Assembly: GCA_002269645.1 (NCBI GenBank)
Contig: NIVC01000023.1
Coordinates: forward strand, 992,001 to 1,056,000
Source: Macrostomum lignano
Taxonomy: Eukaryota
Direction: 5' to 3'
DNA length: 64,000 nt
How positions within the stretch are numbered: the first letter of the stretch is position 1; the number at the start of each line of letters is the position of its first letter. Below are positions 18,640-29,100 of the stretch, piece by piece. Both the position numbers and the translations under genes were made by a program. A model generated the notes under the pieces. That model saw nothing but the letters and a program-made list of their open reading frames with translations, ran no database searches and was not told where the DNA came from.

Positions 18640-21600
18640 TTACATATAAAGAAATGTGACTAATCCTGTTACTACAGCCATGGCCATGGATCGCATCCAT
18701 CCGGTACCTGTGTTGCCACCTGTAGTTCTCGGCCCTCCAGCGGTTACGATTGCCAGTACATGAAATTCTTTTATAACTGCGTTCTCACAACACGCAGACA
18801 GCTGCTCATTGATCCAGCTTTTACTACTCCGAATGGCCTCTTGAATCAGATAGGGAGGAATGTGCTCCGGGTCTTTGTCCGCTGTAGTACGGTATGGGTT
18901 GTGCAACTTTATTTAGAATGCAATTTTTACAAGGTTTTACTTAATTAAAGAAATTGTTTTTTATATTAAGGTAACCCGGTGTTCTTTTAAAACGAGAGTT
19001 CATGTATAAGAATGCGGACCCCGATCCGATGAAAACGGTACCTAGCCAAAATTGCGTCCTGGAGTCACTTGCGTCGCCCCAGAGTCGTTCCAGGTAACAT
19101 GACATACGTAAAATGGTAAAGATGTGTCTCTAGACGACTCTAAAACGACAATATACGAGGGCATCACGGTACAAGTCGCGGGGTTAGTCGCCAAAAAGTC
19201 GTCAAAGTGTCGCCTAAGAGTAAATTTGAGGCGTTTTATTGTCTGCGACTGGGGCGACCCAAGTGACTATGGGCTTGGAGTCGTATCTATGGCGTGCTGG
19301 AGACTGGAGTCACTGTAGGATCACAGGAGTTGCTTCTAAAGCGCATCTGCGTCACTTCTAGCATTATTGTAGAATCGCATTTCGCATTTATTTATTCGAA
19401 TTAGTTAAATGTACCAGCTAAACGGTGGCTTTGCATTATGCATGCTAAATTATGGGCTCACTCAAACTTATCGAAAATAAGCCCAAGTAAACTCACCAGC
19501 GACATGGACAGCTTGCCAGGCCCGCGCACCCCCAGTCGCAGCGCAACGCTGTTTTTATACCGGGCCAAAGTCACCTGGCACTGCCGGCCGAAGTATCCGA
19601 TCGGACAGGTGCACCTGCAATTCGATGGCGTCGCCTCCGGCCGACGGGTGCCGCCGTTGCTGCAGTCGCATCTACGACACTGACCGATGAGACGCTGCTC
19701 ACAGGTTTCGCAGTCTCTTGTGCAGACTGCCGGTTACGCATGGAATATACATGTTAGAGAAACTGGTACGTACATGTACATGCCTCTCAGATCCTCATCC
19801 TCAGTTGCTCGGCCAGCAACACACGCCGTCTGCCCCATCATACAATACGTCAACGCACTGTAAAACGCCAAACTTCCATATGAAACACGCCAATCACGAT
19901 ACAACACACCAACCCCCCAAACACCAAACCCATACAACACGCTAAACCCCATAAATAAAACACAACAACTCACCATAAAGCACACCAAAAAACCATAATA
20001 AACGCCAACCACCCATGAAACACCGTCTTTTAAAAATCATACCAAGCCTTAAACTATGCTAACCCAATAAGCTCTTCGCTACTATGGCGATTTTTATACT
20101 TCGAATTAGGTGCTTTAGGTAATTTTGGTGTGTTTGTTTAGTGAAAGCGTCGACTTGCGCGTGTTGGGGGAGGGATTGTCGTGCGCGTGTTGGAGAAGGG
20201 TGACTTGCACGTGTTGGGGGAGGGGTTGGCGTGCGCGTGTTGGGGGAAAGGTTGGCGTGCGCGTGTTGGGGGAGGGGTTGGCGTGCGCGTGTTGGGGGAG
20301 GGGTTGGCGTGCGCGTGTGGGAGGAGCTGGGGTGACATAATTGCACGTGTTGGGGGAGGGGTTGGCGTGCGCGTGTGGGAGGAGCTGGGGTGACATAATT
20401 GCACGTGTTGGGGGAGGGGTTGGCGTGCGCGTGTTGGTTGGCGTGTTTTATGTGGTGTTGAGCATGTTTTCTTGGCGATTCCGGATGGACTATATCACAA
20501 GATAAGCAAACAAATTCTTACATGGTCTCTGGCTAGAGTCGGATCCTTTGTAAACCGGTACCGTCGGGTCTCTGACTATCATTTTATCGATGCACAGATT
20601 GTTCAAGCAGAGTGGCAAGCTGTTGGGACAGGCGCTGCACGGCTCGCCTACGGCGTAGACCCGACTGCCATGCACTGCGGCCCTAAAATAATTAAAGTAA
20701 TTAAAGTTTGTAAATATGAACAAATTGCATGAATCACTCATCAAAAATATAAAAATAGTAATTTCACAATACCTTTGAATAAACGCCGCCTGCCCCAAAA
20801 ATACGTCAACTCACGGTAAAACACAACCTATAAAACATGCCAACGCCGATAAAAAACACCGAATCAATAAGACACGCCAATCCCCATAAAACACAAACCC
20901 CATAAAATACGCCGAACCCATAAAACACGCCAACACAGATAAAACACGCCAACCCTCACCCCTAAGACACGTCAACCACCTACGAAAACCCCTAACTTCT
21001 TATACCCAACCTTAAATCATCCTAATCCAATATCAACATTGCCAACCAAATACACTGAGGCCAAGCCACAATCAAGAAGTACTTCTCCCCAGCTAACTTA
21101 TGCGAATAATAGCACACAAAAGTGTGCACTCCATGACAAAGATAATAAGCGCAGCCGAGACTATCCAATTTGTCGCTCATGATCTGCAGATATGGTTGGC
21201 AGTTCGTGTTTTCGCCTGAGCAGGCGCCCGTACTACGGTAGCTTCGTCCGGTAGAGTGCCAAGCGTCCACAATCTGCCAGGCGGTGGGCAGCACGTTCTC
21301 TGTTGTCTGGTAGCTTAGCCAAGAGTCACCCATTTTTATATACCAGACCGTGTCAGTCTGGTGCACAATGTAGCAAAGTTCGTTCGCCTCCCTCTCCGCG
21401 TATTGGGCCAGGTGTTCTCTCCATATCTAAGTAGGTTAGTTGGAGGCAGATTAGACACTGATCCAAGCACCGATGAGACACTGATAAAAGCACTGATTCG
21501 ACACTGATAAAAGCACTGATGAGACACTGATCCAAGCACTGATTCGACACTGATAAAAGCACTGATGAGACACTGATCCAAGCACTGATTCGACACTGAT

Positions 21601-22365
21601 AAAAGCACTGATTAGACACTGATCCAAGCACTGATTAGACACTGATCCAAGCACTGATTAGACACTGATCAAAGCACTGATTAGACACTGATCCAAGCAC
21701 TGATGAGACACTGATCCAAGCACTGATTCGACACTGATCTAAACACTGATTCGACACTGATGCAAGCACTGATTAGACACTGATCAAAGCACTGATTAGA
21801 CACTGATCCAAGCACTGATGAGACACTGATCCAAGCACTGATTCGACACTGATCTAAACACTGATTCGACACTGATGCAAGCACTGATTAGACACTGATA
21901 GACACTAATCCAAGCACTGATTCGACACTGATCTAAACACTGATTCGACACTGATGCAAGCACTGATTAGACACTGATAAAAGCACTGATTATATCATGA
22001 TCTGATAAAATAAGCACTGATTAGACACTGATCCAAGCACTGATTAGACACTGATCCAAGCACTGATTAGACACTGATCCAAGCACTGATTAGACACTGA
22101 TCCAAGCACTGATTAGACACTGATCCAAGCACTGATTATATCATGATCTGATAAAATAAGCACTGATTAGATACGTAGCGTCTAAAAGACTCACCAAATA
22201 GAGCATCCTTGATGCAGTCGGATATGCCAATTCTCGGAATCGGTTGTGCTCATTCAGAAAGCTCAGCTGCTGTTGACGATCTAAAATGGCATCGATAAAC
22301 TCAACGGTCAAAATCAACAGTAGGATTCCTATGCTAAACAGGTTCTTCATAACCTTGGTGAGCAT
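18640..22365 (-). CDS. CAP/SCP (CRISP/GLIPR-like) protein with EGF-like domain, paralog 1. Exons 22365(or 22350)-22195, 21426-21098, 20682-20522, 19726-19497, 18906(or 18881)-18640
   Basis: Signal peptide followed by FLNEHNRFRELAYPTASRM. CAP core IWREHLAQYAE...W...LGCAYYLC...FVCYYS. Hinge GEPCSACP...CLNNLC. EGF-like CSNGG...CRCTCPIGYFGRQC. Hydrophobic C-terminus. The junction to the last exon is uncertain. Confidence 0.82.
19063..19268. mobile_element. Putative small MITE in CAP1 last intron
   Basis: Imperfect ~25-bp TIR AGTCACTTGCGTCGCCCCAG / CTGGGGCGACCCAAGTGACT. No clean TSD. Confidence 0.45.
20150..20435 (+). repeat. G-rich ~26-bp minisatellite, CAP1 intron 3
   Basis: Unit GCGTGCGCGTGTTGGGGGAGGGGTTG with variants. 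Confidence 0.9.
21452..22170 (+). repeat. 23-bp minisatellite, CAP1 intron 1
   Basis: Unit GCACTGATTAGACACTGATCCAA with variants, about 30 copies. Confidence 0.95.
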
Positions 22366-23065
22366 ATATTAATTAGACACTATATTAGCTCGTAGTAATA
22401 TATGTTAATTAATGAATTTCGATTTAAATGGAAGCCAAGCTTAAAACATTCACTAAGACAAGCTATTCCTGGAATCTATGCACTTTTTGTGTTGAAATCG
22501 AAAGATAAGACACATAGACAGTACTATAGAATAGCTTAATGCTAGTTAACACGTAGTTAATGTATAGATTTTTAGATAGGCAGATAGGCAGACAACTAGG
22601 CACCACAAACACGCTCGGTAGTCCGAACCTTGGATATTGTATGCGATGGCCTAAATGTTCTTTACTTCAACAATATCCACTTACCTTTTGTACATCTGGA
22701 TGCACAACAGCGTCGTGCGCTTAGCATGATTTATTTAGAATTTTTTGGCCAGGGATATTTATTGTTGTACCACAAAGGCAATACTGCGAAAAAATTCCGT
22801 GTATATTATTTTCTCTATTTTCCTCGACTGTCTTAAACAACATTTAATTGCTAAGCAGACCGCTCTTTGGATGAGGGGAGAAATTGTCGATCGATCAACA
22901 CCCTAAATCTCTCAAGAGTGCAAGAGAGAAAAAGGATGATCGATGCTTCAGCCGCAGCCAGGCCTATAAACAGTTTGGCTTTCAGGTAAAGTGGCTCGCT
23001 TGATGAAGAGTAGATAGATAAAGGTAAATATCAACATGAAGTTAGTTATTTATTTATTTGAGTTG

Positions 23066-23106
23066 CCGATGCATTTCGTCCATTGCATTAGGACATCGTC
23101 AGGGTC
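23066..23106 (-). ncRNA. Second hammerhead core in the inverted pLTR arm
   Basis: Reverse complement of the 23801-23842 motif. Confidence 0.65.
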
Positions 23107-23238
23107 TTTTTACTTAAGAAACAATTTGAACGAATGTTCAGTAAATATAGATAGTTGAGAGTAACAAGAGTAGTTGAATTGAGTTTTTAGTTGATGGTTT
23201 AAAAACTACGTAAAGACTTAAACACTCAAATCCGTGTT

Positions 23239-23613
23239 GTGTTTCGCACCGAAAAGATTGCTAAGTTTGTCTGCAAGTTGAAATCCAGTGTTCCACGTCC
23301 TCTCGCGGCTGGTGTCGTGTATAAATTTGTTTGCTCTGAGGACCAGAGCATCTCCTACATAGGAAAAACTAAACGACACTTATACACGAGGGTCAGAGAG
23401 CACTGGCTAAAAAACTCTGCTATTAACGAACACCTGCTAACCTGCAATTCCTGTTGTGAGGCTGAACCGCACGAAATGATAAAGGCTATTGATTTTTGTA
23501 ATAGAGATCACATGCTCTGCCTATTAGAAGCCCTGTACATTAAGACCAAACAGCCCACGTTAAATAACCAACTTGCGATGGGTGGGGCTAGCCGTCAACT
23601 CAGAATTTTTTAG
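23239..23613 (+). pseudogene. GIY-YIG endonuclease fragment of a Penelope-like element
   Basis: VVYKFVC / YIGKTKR motifs, Cys/His residues and LEALYI...PTLN. The frame is open for a short distance upstream and lacks the RT portion. Confidence 0.85.
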
Positions 23614-23800
23614 CTGATTTGTCAATGATTGGACTGGCTTGAAACTGATATATGCACTTTACCCAACCAATACTGTATCAAAAAATTGATTACTATGTAC
23701 AAGTTTTAAACCATCAACTAAAAACTCAATTCAACTACTCTTGTTACTCTCAACTATCTATATATACTGAATATTCGTTCAAATTGTTTCTCAATAAAAA

Positions 23801-23842
23801 GACCCTGACGATGTCCTAATGCAATGGACGAAATGCATCGGC
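23801..23842 (+). ncRNA. Minimal type-I hammerhead ribozyme core in the Penelope pLTR
   Basis: CTGACGA - T - GTCC[TAATGCAAT]GGAC - GAAA - palindromic ATGCAT - C17 - GG. Stem I is only about 2 bp (CC/GG). Activity is untested. Confidence 0.65.
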
Positions 23843-24925
23843 AACTCAAATAAATAAATAAATAACTTCATGTTGATATTTACCTTTATTCATCTAGTTT
23901 GGCTTTCCTCTGGCACGCTTGTGTCTGACTTTGATCCCTCTCCTTACTGTTCTCTCATTGGCTGAGCTAGATTGGGCCTGCCCCCTAGGCTGATCTGAGT
24001 TTCGTCCGTCTGACTTTGACCTGATCCTGGCTGCCCTCTTATTGGCTGAGCTAGACAGGGCCCTAGGCCAAGTTACGTCTTGCATTCACTTGGATACATT
24101 GTACATTCAGTTACCAAGTAATAAGGACGGGAAACTTACTTTCTTCGAAAATTTAAGGAGCCAGTTTTTACCTGCCTCCGTAAAAATGATTACGGAAATA
24201 GGTTATTATTTTTTCAGCACAAAAACTTTTGTACCATGACTACGTGGCTATCGGGCGGGCTGGTATTCAATTATTGCCAAAGACGATTTCATTTTGGCCC
24301 GAAAAGTCGGGCCGATAATGGATTATTTCCATTTCATGTATTTCAACCAAATAAACAAAAAACAAAAAAAACAAATCAAACAAAGCAGTCAGAGTCCAAA
24401 GCCGAACTCAACTTTTGCAAAGCGTCCTTTTCGCACTCACATATAAAACGTAACATTTAGAACCGTTTTTCTCCAAGACGATCGTCGGGCCGGATTTATC
24501 AGGCTGGCCAATAGTTGTGACGGCAGTTGGAACGCAAGATGACCGTTCTCGCACAGTGCAACTGACTCTTGTGCTTGATGACTGACCACGCTCGACGTAG
24601 AGGCATGTAGACTATCTGTGATAGCAGAAGACAATGCTCGCTTCTGGGCCACCGTTGTCCGCTTTGTATAACGGACAACACTATCCACCTTTTTGTGTCT
24701 GGAGACGGTTTGAATCGCTTCGGCACTGAATCCATCAGACGCCAGGCTTGTAATGGTTGTTTTGTTGCGCGGATCGAATGGTTAGTGTATAGTCCCGCGA
24801 GAGCATGGTCGATCTTGAATATGACGGCAGCAGTCTCGCTTCTTTCTCTCGTTTTTAGCTTCTCTTCGCTTCTTTATTCTTTCTCTTATAATTGAACTGT
24901 ATAGTTTCTCACTAAATCATATTAT

Positions 24926-25982
24926 GTCTATGGTTGAAATGTGGGGCTTCGCCCCCACACCCCCATGCCCATATTCATCAATGCAGCTCAGCCACATAGT
25001 CTATGGTACAATCACAGTATTACCCAGGCTTTGCGGGCGATAATGGGAAATCACTCGGGCGCCATTGTCACATAGACAAAGCCTAAAAGGAAGGAAGCAG
25101 AAAGGCAAACTGAATATACCAATATTGATGGGCTGCAAAGGGCAGAAACGAGCTATGTGTTTGTCTATAGTATAGAGACTGTCTATGGTAAAATCCCATT
25201 TACTCCAATGCATTCAGTTGGTTTCATAGCCCGCTGAAAACAGTAGCGCAACCAGAAATTTTTCAAGGGGGGGGCGGATTCTGAGGGTAAAGTCCCGGGA
25301 GGGGGGGGCGGCGGAGGGGTGGCTCTGTTTTTGGCGAAAATTCGCTTGGTCCCCCCTTTGATTTTTTTTCGGTCCCCCGCCTAAGGGGGGGCGACCGCCC
25401 CCCCGCCCCCCCCCCCCCTGGTTGCGCCACTGGCTGAAAATGTCTATGGCAAAGTCAAAAGAAAGCGGGGTCAAGAGGGCGCTGAGCCCCCTTGCGGGGG
25501 TTTGAGGCCGGAGCCCCCACATTTGCACACCTGCAGCACTCTAGACAAAGAAAGAAAGAACGAAATCTAAAAAATTGTCTATGACCAAAACTCCTTATTT
25601 TGCGAATTGAAAAAATAGTAACTGATACTAAGCATTACATGTATTTAGCAGTACAAAGCTTTACTTCCGAAATCTACAAGTGGAAGAAACATTAACTAGA
25701 TACTTATATACATACGAGGTTTTTTACTTATTGAAGTCGGCCATAGATTATTGCCGTGTGTTTCACCCCGTTTCAACACGCCTAGGCTAAGTATATATTC
25801 ATCTTTTGATATGTTTTCCCAGGGAAGCCAGGGAGGCTTCCCTGGTTTCCCTTGGTCTAGAAAATTAGGGATTCTATATAAGAAGTTGTTCAACGATCTG
25901 TGTTGGAATCTGAATCAGCAAATAAGCTTGGTTTAGCCATATACTGTAGATCTCATCAGTCAGCGGAGTTTTGGCCATAGAC
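24926..25982. mobile_element. Possible composite non-autonomous element bounded by GTCTATGG / CCATAGAC
   Basis: The GTCTATGG motif and close variants recur about 6 times, and an inverted copy closes the region. A hAT MITE is nested inside. Boundaries are uncertain. Confidence 0.3.
25241..25432. mobile_element. hAT-type MITE (192 bp)
   Basis: 15-bp TIR CAGTAGCGCAACCAG / CTGGTTGCGCCACTG. Perfect 8-bp TSD GCTGAAAA. G/C-run subterminals. Confidence 0.88.
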
Positions 25983-26126
25983 AGAATTATAGATTTAGAT
26001 TTTAAACAAACTGCAATCGTTCAATTTGGGTGTTGCTTAAGTCAACCGCAGGGAATATCGAGTGCTCGATATTCTCTGGTCAACCGTAAAGAAAATAGTT
26101 TCGTTCAATAATTCAACCGACAATAA

Positions 26127-29100
26127 ATGCAGCATCAGGCACACATCTTTTGCTGCCTTTTGACAGTGTTCAATTGCTGTTTGAGTCCGGTTCTAGCCTC
26201 TATCTCTGAGAAAGACAAGTTAGCATTTGTGGTGACTCACAATCGGCTGAGACAGGCGATTTTTCCTACTGCCAGAGCCATGCTGCTTTTGGTGAGTTGG
26301 CTGGCTGAACTTTGAGAAGTTGAGTAGCTGCTACTCACTAGCCTGCTCACTCGTGTCATAAAACTCGTGTCATAAAACTCATGAACTCCTAAACCCATGA
26401 GCTATTGAACTCGTGAAGTCTTGAACTCTTGAACTCGTGAAGTCTTGAACTCGTGAACTCATGAACTCGTGAACTCGTGAAGTCTTGAACTCGTGAAGTC
26501 TTGAACTCGTGAACTCTTGAACTCGTGAACTCTTGAGCTCTTGAACTCGTGAACTCGTGAAATCTTGAACTCAAACTCGAACTCATGAAATTCTGAACTC
26601 ATGAACTCTTGAACCTTTGATCTCTTGAACCCAGGAGTGGAACCAGTCGATAGCGGACTTTGCTAGCCAAATCAGCCAGCACTGCAATCTCAGTGTTAAT
26701 ATCAGCAAACTTTATCCCAAACTTGCTGGACACGACTTCAACATGTACAAAGGATCAAAAGCTACGGCCAGCCCAGAGAATGTCATATTGCACTGGTACG
26801 CGGAGAAGAGCCACTTCAACATTAGCCAGCAAGATAACTGGATTCCAAAGCCAGGTTGTTCGACCAGAAATTATTCTAACATGATGCGACAATCGCAGAG
26901 TGTCATTGGCTGCGGTTTCACCGACTGTAAAGATAGCACTCGCATGGTTGTGTGCGGTTACAGCAAGGCTGCAGGAATGTAAGAAATTTAACACCTATGG
27001 CTTAACCCGCAGAGCTTACACAGGCTTCAGTTTTCACATGGGTGTACAGTTATCAAATGGGGGTACATTTATCACAAATGGGTGTACATAATCACACTGG
27101 GTGTACATAAATCGCACAGGGCGTACATAAATCACACTGGGTGTTCATAAATCACACTGGGTGTGCATAAATCACACTGGGTGTACATAAATCACACTGG
27201 GTGTACATAAATCACTCTGGGTGTACATAAATCACACTGGATGTGCATAAATCACACTGGGTGTACATTAATCACATTGGATGTATATAAATCACATTGG
27301 GTATACATTAATCACATTGGATGTATATAAATCACACTGGGTATACATTAATCACATCGGATGTACATAAATCACACTGGGTGTACATTAATCACATTGG
27401 ATGTACATAAATCACACTGGGCGTACATAAATCACACTAGGTGTACATAAATCACACAGGGTGTACATAATCACACAGAGTGTACATAAATCATACTGGG
27501 TGTGCATAAATCACACAGTGTGTACATAAATCACACAAGGTGTACTTAATAACACCGGGCGTACATAAATCACACAGGGCGTACATAAATCACACAAGGT
27601 GTACATAAATCACACTGGGTGTGCATAAATCACACTGGGTGTGCATAAATCACACTGGGTGTACATACAGTAAATCACACTGGGTGTGCATAAATCACAC
27701 TGTATATACATGTACATGTATGTATCTCATATATTTTTATATACTTTAAGTTTCTCATCAGCTATTTATCTAAAATTGAAAAATGTAACATTTCTTCAGA
27801 GCATTCGAAAACCAGTTTGGCTGCAGTTGCTCCGACTGTCCTGCGAAGTTTTCAGCCTGTTTCGGCGGTCTGTGTGCGTCTGGCGACTTGGCTAAAGGAC
27901 CAGAGCACGACGAACTGGACTCTGTTCAGAACAAATGTCAGACTTTGATCCGCTGCCTGCTGAAGTTCACCCATTCTGCCCGACAATTCCCTTATCTACC
28001 TGGCACTCATTTCTGTCCTTTCCCTTATCTACCTGGCACTCAGTTCTGTCCTTTCCCTTATCTACCTGGCACTCAGTTCTGTCCTTTCCCTTATCTACCT
28101 GGCACTCATTTCTGTCCTTTCCCTTATCTACCTGGCACTCATTTCTGTCCTTTCCCTTATCTACCTGGCACTCAGTTCTGTCCTTTCCCTTATCTACCTG
28201 GCACTCAGTTCTGTCCTTTCCCTTATCTACCTGGCACTCATTTCTGTCATTTCCCTTATCTACCTTGCACTCAGTGCGTTCCGCCCATCATGCAATACAT
28301 GTACATGTATAACTCGTAATTAACCTGTTGCAGCTTGCAGAATCGATTGCAGGAATTGTGCATTAAGGACAGATTTTTCAGCCACCGTGATGAGTTCTTC
28401 TATCAGTACTTTTTCGACTGCAGTTCACAAATGCGAGTGTCTTTGCCATCCTTCAAACAGTGGAAAATACTGCGAGAGTAAGTTTTCTAATTTTTTAGCG
28501 CCTTGGTTATTGATAGAGGTGGTTCAACGCAGTGCAATTATGAATTATAAAAAATGGAAAATTAACAGAAAATTTTAATACAGTAGGGTTTGCGTACACG
28601 TTACATTAGGTTATTGTACATCCTGGTCGAGTGCTGTACACCCTGTGTGAGCACTGTACACCCTGTGTGAGCACTGAACACCCTGTGTGAGCACTGTACA
28701 CCCTGTGTGAGCACTGTACACCCTGTGTGAGCACTGTATACCCTGTTTAGACACTGAACACCCTGTGTGGGCACTTTACACCCTGTGTGAGCACTGTATA
28801 CCCTGTTTAGACACTGAACACCCTGTGTGAGCACTTTACACCCTGTGTGAGCACTTCACACCCTGTGTGAGCACTGTACACCCTGTGTGAGCACTGTACA
28901 CCCTGTTTAAACACTGAACACCCTGTGTGAGCACTGAACACCCTGTGTGAGCACTGTACACCCTGTGTGAGCACTGTGTAGCTATTAAGGCCTGAATTTA
29001 CGCTAACCCGCAGAGGGCTCGTCCATCGAAGCCTGCAAAGAGTGCGAGTCAATGAAGTCTTCCAAGTGTCTGAACAGTGGCGTCAACTACTTGGCATTTG

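Larger units (their letters stand above)
23011..23896 (+). mobile_element. 5'-truncated Penelope-like retroelement: GIY-YIG endonuclease between inverted pseudo-LTR arms (23011-23209, 23702-23896)
   Basis: ORF 23239-23613 reads GVVYKFVC...SYIGKTKRHLYTRVREH...LLEALYI...QPTLN, a typical PLE GIY-YIG. About 195-bp near-perfect inverted repeats flank it. No reverse transcriptase is present. Confidence 0.9.

Noticed and set aside
24437-24900. GC-richer minus-strand ORFs between CAP1 and CAP2
   Set aside because: No recognisable motif or splice context. Possibly a TE remnant.
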